Below, one piece after another: positions 1-11,630 of a stretch of 45,475 nt of DNA. The stretch comes from Guillardia theta CCMP2712 (taxonomy: Eukaryota > Protista > Cryptophyta). The notes below the pieces were generated by a model, which was not told the origin of the DNA, ran no database searches, and saw nothing but the letters and a program-made list of their open reading frames with translations. Position numbers and translations under genes: made by a program. Numbering within the stretch: the first letter of the stretch is position 1; the number at the start of each line of letters is the position of its first letter. Where the stretch lies: NCBI RefSeq assembly GCF_000315625.1, contig NW_005434650.1:229507-274981 (forward strand). Direction: 5' to 3'.

Positions 1-1584
1 GAGCAGTCAAATGCTGTGCTATTTGATCCAAGTGCAACAGGACCAAAAGTTCTGTAGACTTCTCCTACAGGTCTCCTTCACCTCTCCTTCACCTCTCCTC
101 TCCTCTCCTCTCCTCTCCTCACCTCTCCTCTCCTCACCTCTCCTCTCTTCACCTCTCCTTCACCTCTCCTCTCCTCTCCTCTCCTCTCCTCTCCTCTCTT
201 CACCTCTCCTCTTGCCTTCATCCTCCTCGTCCTCCTCGTCCTCCGAGTTCTCTCCGTAAATGTTTCTCCTTTCTGCTGATTCTGGTCATCACCTATTTTT
301 CTCATCTCTCTCGCTAGATCCCTGATGATAAGCGCGCAAGAGCCGAGAGGAAGCGACTTGAATTTGCGAGGGCCGAGAGAGAAAGGGAAGCGAAGAAGGT
401 CCTGCTCCTGCTCCTCCTCTTCGTCTGCCTCTCCTCCTCTGCTCTTCTCAGCTCCAACCAGGAGGCTCTTCTTGCGATGATCTCCCGGCTCTCGAAAAGG
501 CTCTCGAGCTCTGCTGGGGTTTCTGAATCTCCAACTCCGCGCTTGCTCGAGGAGGAGACGATGCTCGACGTGGCGGTGACGCTGATCGAACATGGCGACC
601 TTGACAGGTAAAGGAGGTTGAGGGGCGTCATCTAGGAGGAGCAGGAGGAGGAGGAGGAGCAGCAGGAGCAGCAGGAGAGGCAGGGAAGGGGGAGGGAGGT
701 TGGATTCCGATTGGAGGGAGGAGGAAGTGGCGGGAGGAGGAGGAAATGACGTGGGTGATACCGTAGAGCTGAGAGAGTCTGTCACATGGCTCAGCGTCGG
801 GTCGAGCGTCTGGAGTCCAGCTGGATGGAGCAGATGCTCGAGAGCGAAGAGCTTAAATTTCGAGTCCCGAAGAGCAGCGCGAGAGGAGAAGAAAAATGTC
901 AGGAGAAGAAGAAGCCGGTGATGCAAGAGGACTCCAGGTGGCAAAGTGTTGTTTCTCCTCTTGTTCTCCTGCTCTATCTCCCCCTGCTCCTCCCCTGCTG
1001 TAGTCGCTCCTACTGCTGCTGCTTAGCTTAAGTCTGATCGCTCAGCTTGTCTGGTCCTTTGCTGGTGTCCACGTCTCGCGGGGACAAGGAGCAAGTGAAA
1101 GTGAGCGAGGAGGGGCGAGAGGGGGAGGAGAGTGAGGGGGCGCTGCTAACCCCTCGCAGGGAATGGCGCCATCCTCGTCGCCATCCTCGTCGCCATCCTT
1201 ATCCTCGCAGCTTTTCATCTCGTCGGCGATGGAGGTGGAGGGAGAGGAGGAGGCGCAGAAGGCTGAGGCTGATGCAGGACGAGAAGACAGTTGAAGAGGA
1301 CCTGCAGTCCTGGTACGTGAGAGATGAGAAGACTTGAGGGAGGAGAGCGCGTGAGGACGGAAGGAGGGAGGAGGGAGGAGGAAAGAAAGAGGAGGGAGCT
1401 GACGGGTTTCAGTGAGGTGGCAGAAAAGGGGAGAGGATGCTTACACGCTCGTGCTTGCACGGCGTCGCTGCTTGGGGGGAGCAGGAGGGTCAGCACGAGA
1501 GCCTCTACAGCAGATGACGTCACCTCAAGCAACGAGCAGTCGCTGCTGTGGCTGACGATGCTCCATGCCATCTTCTGGGACTGA
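1..1584 (+). CDS. Hypothetical protein, multi-exon, 5' end outside window
   Basis: Non-repetitive segments bounded by GT..AG introns with CTGAC-type branch sites join in frame: ~41-70, 318-398, 452-607 (SNQEALLAMISRLSKRL..TMLDVAVTLIEHGDLD), 767-937 (RAERVCHMAQRRVERLESSW..). Later exons reach a probable stop at 1582-1584 (..LLWLTMLHAIFWD*). No family motif recognised; 3' exons uncertain. Confidence 0.5.
76..245. repeat. (CTCCT)n-type pyrimidine microsatellite, intronic
   Basis: Imperfect CTCCT/CTTCAC array directly after the GT donor at 71. Confidence 0.85.
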
Positions 1585-1773
1585 GATCCTCCCTCCCTCC
1601 GTCCCTCCGTCCCCTCCGTCCCCTCCGTCCCCTCCCTCCGTCCCTCCGTCCCTCCCCCTTCTTTGTAACGGCGTACTTGTCGGAGAAAGCGGGCCAGACA
1701 TACAAATAGACTGTACAGATTCAAACGTCTCTCCTCCTCCTCCTCCTCCTCCTCCTGTCGCTCATCCCTCTTT

Positions 1774-1974
1774 TCATCGGCTCTCGAAGCTCGCGAGACC
1801 GAAGTACTGGAGGGGGAAGGGCATGTTCGGGTCGAAGGTCCAGCTAAGAAGAAAGTCAGCGAGGAGGCGAAGAGAATGACGATGGTTGTTGTGACGATGA
1901 TAATTTAGAAGACGATGCTGCTGCTGCTGATGATGATAATGATGATGATGACGACGACGAAGACGGCGATGGAA

Positions 1975-2032
<58 letters not shown>

Positions 2033-4871
2033 GGAGGAGGAGGAGGAGGAGGAGGAGCATGAGGAGGAGGTGTATCAGCTGCAGTGGGGAGCGAGGGAGC
2101 AGCAACCGATTCATGCGAGGATCAAATACTTCCACCACCGCGCTGCACGCGTCCTACATGCTGACATCAGTTTCACCCCCTCCCTCTGCCTCCTCGCCTC
2201 TGCCTCTCATCCACTTGCTTGCTCTCTTCCTCCCTCCTCTCCCTCCCCCATTGTCCTCCCTCTCCTCACCTCCACATCACATCCTCCCATCGCATAGAGC
2301 ATCTCCCCGCAGTTGGCCAGCGACAGGTCGTATCGCTTCAAGTGACAGGATGCCGTCCGCTGCCACCTGCTCCCTCCCTCATCCTCCGCCTCTTTCCCCT
2401 CCTCCCTTACCTTCCCACTCGCGGATCCAGGCAGTCGACTGCCTTGAGGTGCCCCCTCAACTGGTTGTATCCTCCGACCACGTACACGGCCCCGCAGCAG
2501 ACGGCAGCGCCGCATGCGAGTCGAGGCTCAAGCATGTCCTGAGACAAAGAGAAGCAGTGGACCAGAGATGAGAAGAAACAAGAGAAGAGGAGAAGGAAAA
2601 GAGGAGCAGGCACCGGCTCTGCTTTCCACGTCATGGCGATGGGATCGAACGAGTGGACGGCTGATAAAATGTCCTCCTCCTGATCGAAACCTCCCAGCAC
2701 AAAAAGTCTCCCATTGAGAGCGGTTCCTCGGCAGCTCCTGTGACTGTAAACATGGTGATCATGGGAGGGAAGAAAGAAGAACAAGGAGAGAAAGACCAGA
2801 AGGATGAGAAGGCTGAATGAAAAGGTAGAGAGACAGAGGGGAGGAGGGGAAGAAAAACCTGAGAGGAAGGGAGGGGCAGCAGTCGCTCCATTGGTTCCTC
2901 TCAGGGTCATAAACCTCCACGTCTGTCGTTTCTCCTCCAATGGCGAAGAGTTTCTCTCCTCCCACCAACATCGCGAAGTCGGACCTGAGGCATAAGAGGG
3001 CCATGAGGGACAACTGGAGGAGGAGAGGAAAATGAGGACAGGAGCAGCATGAGGGGAGGAGGAGGGGAGGGCGGGGGGAGGGAGAAGGAGGAGGGGTGCA
3101 GTAGGATGGTGGGAGCAGTAGGAGGGGAGGAGGAGGGGAGGTGGGGGGGAGGAGGAGTAGGAGGGGAGGAGGAAGAATGTATTCCTACCTGGGCTGAAGC
3201 ATCGTAGCTCGCTTCTCCCACCGCTCATCTCGAGCATCGTAAAGCTCCAAGGTGTCAAGAGGGCTGCGAGGACAGTGAGGAGAACACGAGGAGCGAGACG
3301 GGAGCAGCCGATTGTGATGGAGAGGAGGAGAAACCTGTGGAGGTGTCCTCCAGCGACGTACACCTGATCTCTGAGGGAGCAGACGGCATGAGCGTAACGA
3401 GCTCCTCCTGACATCGGCTCCATGTCGATCCATACTTTCCTCCTCGTGTCATACCTTCATATCCCGTCACTGTCCTTCTCTCCCTCCTCTCCTCCCACTC
3501 TTCCTCCCTCACCGGCTCATTACAGCCACCTCCAAGTCTCCTCGCTTTCCTCCGATGGCAAGAAGAAATCGCTGAGCAGCGTCATGACGTGCGAGAGGCG
3601 CGAGGGCTCACCCGCTTGCTTCCTCGTTCGCGAAAGGAGTTCGACAGAGAGAGCAGGCAGCTTCGAGTGGCTCCCGCCCTCTCCTCCTGCTCCTCCTGCT
3701 CGTGCTCCTCCTTCCTGGCCTCTGACTCGAGCAAGCTTCTGACCTTCTTCTCCATGGCATCGAGGTCCTGCTGGTGAGAGTCGCGCAGCAGCTTGAGGAG
3801 GAGGAGGAGAGGAGCATCGCAAGGGGCAGGAGCATAGAGCTGCTCCAACCATTCCACTAGCTCGCTCATGCACTCGCGCGACAGCAGTCCCATCCTCACC
3901 TCCCGCAAGAGAGCAGCAGCATCTGGCAGGCGTCTCGTCCGGTCCAAGTCGGTCCACCGCATGATGAAGCCGACGGCGTCCTCTTCGCGGAAGAGCAGCA
4001 GGTCCTCCGAGCGAAGCAGCTCCAGCACTTGCCTCCCTCGCACCGCCCGGACGAACCCTTCACTCCCGAGCAGCCTCGTAAAGTTATCAAGCACAAACTC
4101 ACGGCACTTGCTTTCCACTTCCTCCTCTCCGAGATCCTCTGCCAGCCCCCAGATGCTCGCGCAGTTACTGATATTGAGAAGCTGCTTCACTCGCTGCCGG
4201 CAGAGCTGCTGGAGCTGCTCCATCCCAAGCACGTCAGCTGCTCGCATCAAGCCATGCAGGTTCTCGGCGGACAGCTCGGCCTCTCCTGTGTAGAGGAACT
4301 TGAGGACGAGACGGAAGGTGGACGGAAGCATCTGACAGCCAATCAGACGCGAGGCAGGTGCAGGGGGAGAAGCTTTACATCTTGTATGTTGGCACATCGC
4401 GATACACTTTCACTGAGCCCGATTCCAAACATGGCGTCGAAAAACTTACTGCCAGAGCAGACGACAATCCTGAGCAAGCCTCACCCTCTGCTTTCGATCT
4501 CGAATGAGCCTCCTGACTTGCCTGTGACACGGGAACTCGCTCTCTTGTACTCTGATGGTCACGTCTGTGAATCTGTTGGCCAGCATGCTCTCGTACATCT
4601 TGTAGCATCGACTCGCTAAGTCTCGAGAGGTCATAACGGCGCAACCGCCCTGACTTGTCGCGGCTCGCACTTGTTGTGCCACCAAATGTGACACGCCTGG
4701 GCTGTTTTCAGTGCAGGGAGGGTCAAGAGCAGGAGGGTGGAGGGATCAGGAGCAGGAGAGAGACAGGGATTCAAGAAGAGGATGCTAAGCCAGCTGACCT
4801 CCTGTCTCTCCTTCTTCTCGCTTCCTCTTCGTCCCCGACCCTTCAGACTCGCTGTCGTCCCCTCCTGCCAT
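1774..4871 (-). CDS. BTB-BACK-Kelch protein (KLHL-type Cullin-3 substrate adaptor), multi-exon
   Basis: BTB: FTDVTIRVQESEFPCHR|IVVCSGSKFFDAMF..MLPSTFRLVLKFLYTG. BACK: LNISNCASIWGLAE..CREFVLDNF..LLRSEDL..EEDAVGFIMRW. Kelch repeats with GG/YDP/W signatures: VYVAGG, LFAIGG..VEVYDPERNQW, LFVLGG..FDPIAMTW, VYVVGG..LDPRVGRW, LYAMGG..VEVFDPRMNRW. Ends MPFPLQYFGLASFESR* (TGA 1774-1776). Probable ATG at 4871 (MAGGDDSESEG); splicing of the first exons uncertain. Confidence 0.9.
1926..2070. repeat. Compound (GAT)n + (GAG)n microsatellite in the last intron of the Kelch gene
   Basis: Pure ATG/GAT run ~1975-2030 followed by a GAG run. Confidence 0.95.
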
Positions 4872-5990
4872 TTTATCACTCTCAAGGCGACCAAGTTCGC
4901 CTCAGAACAAACACCACGGGCCGCCGGGTATGGACTGATCCCGATCCAACTGAGTGACTTTCCGTTACAGGTACAACACGATGCCGCAATTCAGTTACGG
5001 GATATCGACGTCTCTCGTGGCATCCCTCATCATGTACCCCCACCCCAGTGAAACAACCGAACATGGTACTTACCTACCCCCCCCTTCCTCATTCACCCCC
5101 ATCTCTCATTGCGAACTGTGGGCCTGCGTGGGGTGGGTACATCAGTGATGTAACGGGGTTGCTCATAGATGCCAATACAATAGATAACGAGTTACTAAGA
5201 GTTTTTAGTTAATCAAAACAATAGTATACCTAGTTTTTTTTTCACTAAGTATGAGCGCATCCTGGTATAAGTTTTCAAAAATGATTGGAAATATTATGGC
5301 TAATATTTGAAATATACTTGATTTTTTTTCGAGCTCAATGTGTTGCTTTTCTGACGGGTCATCCATGGTGTTAGGGGGTAGGGTGACTGAGATACCGGTA
5401 CAAATCACTGATAAAGTACCCCTCAAGAGAATCACCAGCAGGACCCCGACCCCATCGAGATTGTGACACCCCTTGTTAGATGCGGATAAAGTCTTCTTAC
5501 CACGGTAGGTAGTGACCCCAACCCATGAGAACTCCACCTTGTACCCCCTACTTTCCCCAAACCGTGGTAACTGCGGGAAAATGCATGGTGGGGGGTACCA
5601 CCGTTTGGAATATGGAATAAATGGGGGTAGGGGTGATTGTCTTCAGGGGGTGCTTGGTCCTATTGCAGTGTGTGGCACAAACAGTAGGGTGGGGTGAAGT
5701 ACCCCTATGGGGTAAATCATCGAAAATTCTCTGTGAGAAGGGGGTAATGAATGAGAGCAGTACCCCCTTCGTTGAGTACGGGTGGCTCAATTCATAAGGA
5801 TAATTGTGGGGTAAGTGATTTGAGAATCCCCAGGCAGGGTGGGTAGTGCAGGACCCTCATTCTGCATGACAAAGGTGGGGTCTTTTGGTGAGATTGAAGT
5901 GGGTGGGGTACTCTCAGATTAATGGGGGTAGGGTAGGGGTAGGGTGGGTATAGGGAAAGGGGACGGGAGGATGTGACAAGTTTCTCCACC
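4872..5990. promoter_or_regulatory. Divergent promoter region (Kelch / LHC) with TACCC-rich left arm, AT-rich core and GGGTA-rich right arm
   Basis: Lies between head-to-head ATGs. C-runs at 5030-5100, AT-rich at 5180-5350, G-runs at 5370-5970. Function inferred from position only. Confidence 0.55.
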
Positions 5991-7097
5991 ATGCTGCGAT
6001 CAGCCGTCGCCTTCGCGCTCGCCGCCTCTGCTGCTGCCTTCGCTCCCTCCCCTGTCCTCCCCAGGGCTGCTCAGAGTGAGTACTCGATTCAGTGCATGTT
6101 CCAGCTCTTCTGTGTGCTCTTTTCTCGTGCATGGAAGATCAGAACTGTGACTGAATTGCGGAGGGCCGGGAACTTGCTTGGGAGGTGGCGAGAGAGCAGA
6201 TGCAGTTTCGCTGCTTCTTAGCATAGGCGTTTTGTGCGAGTTCGTTGTTCTCTCTATGTTTGCACAACTTGTTTGGCTTTGTGTGTTTTAGCAGCAAGTA
6301 CTCACATCTTGATATGGACTGTTGTGATGGATCGATTGGGAGGACTACGCTGATGTCGTCACAGGGGCTGCCGCTGCTCGCAATGGTCCCACCATGCAGC
6401 TCTACAAGGAGGGTCAGCTTCAGGGTGCCACCGTCAACCTCTATTCCTTCTTGGAGCGCCCCCCTGCTCTCGATGGAACCTGGGTTGGTGATGTTGGCTT
6501 TGACCCGCTCGGCTTTTCCAACATCATCGACATGCGCTGGCTTCGTGAGGCTGAGTTGAAGCACGGACGTGTCTGCATGCTTGCTGCCACTGGAATGATT
6601 GTTCAGGACGTCTACCAGTTCCCTGGAGTCACCAAGACCTTCGGTCAGCATGTCGACGGGTAGCGAGATCTGAGAGCTGACATGGGAGCAGGTGCCGCCA
6701 AGATGACTGCGCTTCACGATGCTGCTGTCAAGCAGGGAGCCATGCAGCAGCTCCTCCTCTGGCTTGGATTTATCGAAATCTTCGGCTTCGTTGCCATTGT
6801 TCAGATGCTCCAGGGATCTGACCGTCAGCCCGGAGACTTCGGATTTGACCCCCTCAACTGCGCCAAGAACCCCAACGTAACACATCGCTCGGGCATGTCG
6901 CATGTTCTCACACCCTTGCAGGCCCTCGCCCGCCGCCAGCTCGTCGAGTTGAAGAACGGCCGCCTTGCCATGGTGAGTGTAGAGGAGGAGGAAGGGACTA
7001 GTGATGACGTGACGTGTCTGTCTAGATCGCCACCGCTGGTATGCTTCACCACTACTTCATCACCGGCAAGGGCCCCATCGAGCTCATCACTGGATAA
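5991..7097 (+). CDS. Chlorophyll a/c-binding light-harvesting complex protein (red-lineage Lhcr/CAC-type), plastid-targeted, 5 exons
   Basis: Exons 5991-6075, 6365-6643, 6692-6876, 6922-6972, 7026-7097. LHC motifs [51 protein letters not shown]-terminus [16 protein letters not shown]|FAP is a signal peptide followed by a Phe-initiated transit peptide, typical of complex red plastids. Confidence 0.96.
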
Positions 7098-7190
7098 ATA
7101 TTGACAACATAGAAAGTACTGCATGCATGGATACACTTGTTTTTTTTTGAAATGAAAGTATTTCGAACTTCCTCCTCGTTTCTTTGTCGT

Positions 7191-9477
7191 TCACTTCGCT
7201 TCCTCTGCCTCTTCCTCTGAGGCCTCGATGACTAGATCGCCGTCCTCTTTAGCCACCTTTGCCACGTCAGCGTATGCGCGTCTTGAGGCACTTCACCTGC
7301 TTCGGCAGAAGATTCAAGAACGGTAGAGGGAGCAGTCCTGACAGGTTAGTGATGACGATGAGGAGTGGGAGGTTGCTGTACGACATCAGAAGTGAGAGGA
7401 CAAAACAAAGCTTGCCTGAAGTCTTTCTCTGTCACATGTAGAGCCTTCGTCATGAGACCTCCCAGAACTGCTCAGCATGTCACGCCTACAAGCCTCCCTT
7501 CCTCCCTCGCTCCCCTTCTCGCTCCCTCGCTCAATGTTTATGTCTTCCCCTCCCTTGTCTCTCCTTCTTCCTCGCACCTGAACCAAGACTTCCGGACAGG
7601 TTGTTCACCGACATCAGGGCAGCGTACAAAGATGCCTCGACGCTTCAGGGACATTAGCAAGGGGCTCAGCCTTCTCTCTCGCTCACCCGGGGGGGCAGAT
7701 GTTAGCCCCTAGCACGAGGACGGGCATGAAGGCGATCTGACGGCAGGTGTCAGCGCCTGAGACCTCGGGCCGCCTCTCACCTGCCCGAGGACGGTCAAGA
7801 TGACGTCATCGCCGATGGCGAACAGCTGCAGGCATGTCAGAGTAGCTCGACCTCAGCTGGAGAGACCTGGTCGGGAAGGCCCAGGAGGCGGTTGGCGTGC
7901 GTGACGAGCAGGAGCGGTGACATGCCGAGCACAACGGCGATCAAGCAGATCCACCTGGCAGAGGTCACGCGAGCTGCTGCAGACTGGGAGGCTGCAGACT
8001 TGAAGAGGACGCGGAGAGGGACGCGCTTGAGCTTCTGATCGTAGATGATGATGCCGAGCAAGGAGGAGAGGGAGGAGACCTGGTCTGACCATCAGCAGCA
8101 AGGAGAAGATCACAAGAGGAGGAGGAGAGAAGAGGAGGAGAGAAGAGGAGGAGAGAAGAGGAGGAGAGAAGAGGAAAAGAGAAGAAGAGAGAGAAGTGGC
8201 TCTGCTACCAGACTCAAGCGACCCAGAAACTCAGGCGTGAAGCTGCGAGCAAGTCAGGGAAGGAGAGGAGGTGAAGGTCTGCCGATGCTTCTCACTCACC
8301 CTAGCTCGTTGGTCTCAAAGAAAAAGAGTGCAGAGCCTGCATGAGAGGTTAAAAGAAGGAGGAGAAGGAGAAGAGGATGACCTGACGTTGGTGTTGATTG
8401 CCAGAGAACGAGGAAGGTCACAGGCAGCAGGATGCTCCTCTTAGAGAAAGCTCCCCACAGCAGCGACCCCTGAGACTTGAGGTGGGAGAAGAAGCTGCTC
8501 TGCGGGGTCACGTCGATGACTTCCTCCTCCTCGGCGGGCTTCTGCCACCAACAGGTGAGAGGGGAGGGAGGGAGGGAGGGAGGGAGGGAGGGAGGGAGGG
8601 AGGGAGGGCGATGGCACTAACAACAGGGGAGGACAAGGAGAGGGAAGTTAGGAGGGACAAGGGCAGACAGGAGGAGGAACCTCGTCAATGAGCCCAGCGA
8701 CTCCTGAAGTGATGAGAGGGAAGAGAGCTGCTTGCTGGTCACACTCCTCCTCCTCCTCCTCCTCCTCCTCCTCCTCCTCCCCATCCTCACCCGTCAACGA
8801 GAAGACCCAGGCTGGACCGAAGCTCTGGACCTGCGAGGGGTAAGAGGAGGGAGAAGGCCCAGCACGGGCTCACCAGCTGACCAGACGCGTAGGCGCTGAG
8901 GAGAGACCCTAGAGCAGAGGAAGACCAACAGAGACTCTGAAGAGAACCTGACGAGAAGTCAACTACTCCTGCTCTCTGCTCCTGCTCCTTCCATCGAGAG
9001 CACCTGCTGTACTTTGATCTGCTCCTCGCGACCTCGTGACAACGAGGGCATCAACGAGCACGTCAGAGAAGGCGAGGCCTGCTGCTCGTGAGCGACTCCC
9101 TCCCTCCCCTCCCCTGCTCCACCTAGCGACGACAAGGTGACCAGAGCTACCTGCGCATTCCTGTGAGCACGAGCAAGGAAGAGGAGGAGGAAGAGGAGAG
9201 TCAGGAGAAGTAGAGTCAGGAGAAGTAGAGTCAGGAGAAGTAGAGTCAGGAGGAGGAGGAGGAGGAGGAGGAAGAGGGTAACAGATCATCGTACCGAGGC
9301 TGCGGCAGGGACAGAGCCCAGGAGGCCGCACGAGTTGGCGCTGGGAAGGAGCAGCCGTGAGCTGGTGGAGGAGCGAATGATTCTAACCTCGCGCATCCTG
9401 CGAGGAGAGAAAGTGAAGCCCAAGAAACGCTGCCGAGTAAACCAGAGAGAATCTGACAAGAAGAGAGATCAGAAGTA

Positions 9478-9565
<88 letters not shown>

Positions 9566-9827
9566 TAATGGAGGGCAAAAGAGACCAGGTAGCTTCTCCT
9601 CTTGTATCCGAACAGCGGGAATCCATCTGAAATGAAGCCATAGAGAGGTTTGATGACCCAAGGAAGCACCTGACGCGTGTGAGCTCGAGCAGTCAGAAGG
9701 TGAAGCAACTTGGATGGATGAGACGAGCGCAAGCTCCGCCGGACCTGGAGACACATGGGATGAGAAAGACGGAAATGACGAGGAGACGGAGCAGGAGAAG
9801 CGGGTAGGAGCAGAGAGCAGGAGCAGA

Positions 9828-9914
<87 letters not shown>

Positions 9915-10569
9915 TCTGAACTTGCTGGCACAACTGACCGAGGTGAAGGGAATCCTTGTAGTAAAAGGAGACGGCCAACCGCGATATCCCTAAGATTCCT
10001 TGAACGAAGTAGACTATAGCGATGGCCCAGACCTGAACCCGTTCAGCTATCGCCTCCGCCCCATCTGGTTTCTTCCTTCTCGCTCGTCGTTGTCCTCTTC
10101 CTTTTCCTCTCTCCATCTTTCTCTTTCTCATCCCCTCCTCTTCTACTCCCTCCGCTTCTTCTGCCTGCCTCTTCTCCTCTTTCAAACTCACCTCTGCTGT
10201 TGCTTCCACGCCGAAGAACTGAACTCGCCCGCTCTCCGAGAAGGAGATGGGAGGCTTTTGCTGCCTCTCCTCCTGCTGCTGCACCTGACATCGGAGAGTC
10301 TGTCCGCTCCTCCTGTCCCGTCGGCTTCTCGAGCAAGGCAAGGCAGGTCGGCATGTCAAGAAAGACGCCGGGGCGCCACAAGCAGCGGCAGCAGAGGAGA
10401 AGGTGCTGCAGTCCCCGCGAAGGGGGAAGGAGGATCTGCCAGATGAATGGATGAGCAGGAGGTTGGCAGGAGAACAAGTCTGGCAGGACCTGAGAGGAGG
10501 AGATGGAAGGAACGCTGCTGCAGGAGCAGAGAGGAAGACAAGCAGCGGAGCTGACGTGGACCAACCCAT
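7191..10569 (-). CDS. Folate/biopterin transporter (BT1/FBT family, MFS), probably plastid-targeted, multi-exon
   Basis: Motifs [121 protein letters not shown] match the cyanobacterial/plant FBT family. N-terminus MGWSTSAPLLVFLSAPAAA|FLP plus a Ser/Arg-rich stretch suggests bipartite targeting. Stop TGA at 7191-7193. Confidence 0.92.
9198..9272. repeat. 15-bp tandem repeat (GAGTCAGGAGAAGTA) x3 plus (GGA)n, FBT intron
   Basis: Direct reading of the sequence. Confidence 0.9.
9478..9565. repeat. (GAT)n microsatellite, FBT intron
   Basis: Perfect trinucleotide run of ~29 units. Confidence 0.97.
9830..9914. repeat. (GCAGGA)n hexanucleotide microsatellite, FBT intron
   Basis: Perfect run of ~14 units inside intron 9745-9938. 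Confidence 0.95.
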
Positions 10570-11164
10570 CCCTTGCTCGTGTCCCAAATATCAGTGCTGA
10601 ACTCTCATCAGACCAAGGTCGTCCACTCCCATGAATCTCTGGAGCTCAACAGTCAGGATGGATCATCATGCGATTAGATTGACAGCTTCTCTTCTTTGCT
10701 TGTCATCGACACCCTCACACAAGCACATTCCCTCTGAGCTTGCTCACACACCCGCTTCTATTCCCTGTCTATTGTCATCCTGCACTTCCTTCAATCCCTT
10801 ACGTCTCTCTCCCCCTGTCTTCACGAATCTCGGTTTGCTGCCAACAGTCTCGCATATCTCGCGTCAAACAACAGGTGTCCTCTCTTCTCTGTTCTCTCTT
10901 CTCTCAAGCATGCTGGCTCTCTGTCTTGATTTCTTCTCGCTCTCTACTTCGTGTATGTTTCTTTTCGTTTCCTTTCAATGCCTCTTTCTGCTCAAGTCCC
11001 TGTCTTCTGACGATCACATCAATGTCTTATCATTCATGGATTTGTTTCTTCATGTGCTTCACTTTGCATCAAATTGGAATTTGATTAATGTAAACCTATG
11101 ATTATGCTCCTGAGCATATCCTGCCCCTTCCTGTATCCCCTCATTCCAATATCCTGCTGACATC

Positions 11165-11478
11165 TCCTGTCCTGTCCTGTCCTGTCCTGTCCTGTCCTGT
11201 CCTGTCCTGTCCTGTCCTGTCCTGTCCTGTCCTGTCTTATCCTCTCCTCTCTCCTGTCCTCTCCTTTCTTATCCTCTCTTCTCTCCTGTCCTCTCCTGTA
11301 ATTGTCCTGTCCTGTCCTCTCCTCTCCTCTCCTCTCCTCTAGTCTCCTGTCCTCTCCTGTCCTCTCCTGTCCTCTCCTCTAGTCTCCTGTCCTCTCCTCT
11401 AGTCTCCTCTCGTCTCCTCTCCTCTCTTCTCGTCTCCTCTCCTCTCCTCTCCTCTCCTCTCCTCTCCTCTCCTCTCCT
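11165..11478. repeat. (CCTGT)n then (CTCCT)n compound pentanucleotide satellite, intergenic
   Basis: Pure CCTGT run 11167-11237, grading into CTCCT/CCTGT mixtures. Confidence 0.95.
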
Positions 11479-11630
11479 AAGCGCCTTACATGGCCTCCTC
11501 GAAATGGTCAAACTCGTGGTCAAACATTTTGTACTGATAATACTGTGGCTCGAAACGGTCAAAAACGAACAAGTAACGTACGTAACGACGATGGTTTCGA
11601 ACGTAAAATGCATACACCCACCAATGCGCC

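Noticed and set aside
78-944. 288-aa - strand ORF and similar poly-Leu/Ser/Met/His/Ile ORFs (1915-2571, 9383-9931, 19319-19721, 36313-36776)
   Set aside because: Produced by microsatellites lacking stop codons; they overlap introns or spacers of better-supported genes.
1441-1710. Possible extra 3' exons of the Kelch gene on the - strand
   Set aside because: The Kelch frame terminates at TGA 1774-1776 with a typical propeller-closing motif and no usable donor; + strand splice signals explain the region better.
5205-5992. Short ORFs in the GGGTA-rich spacer as remnants of a transposon or viral insert
   Set aside because: No transposase, RT, integrase or capsid motifs, and no terminal repeats or target-site duplications seen.
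10631-11101. 156-aa + strand ORF between FBT and the satellite
   Set aside because: CT-rich low-complexity sequence without recognisable motifs or splice structure; cannot be supported as a gene.
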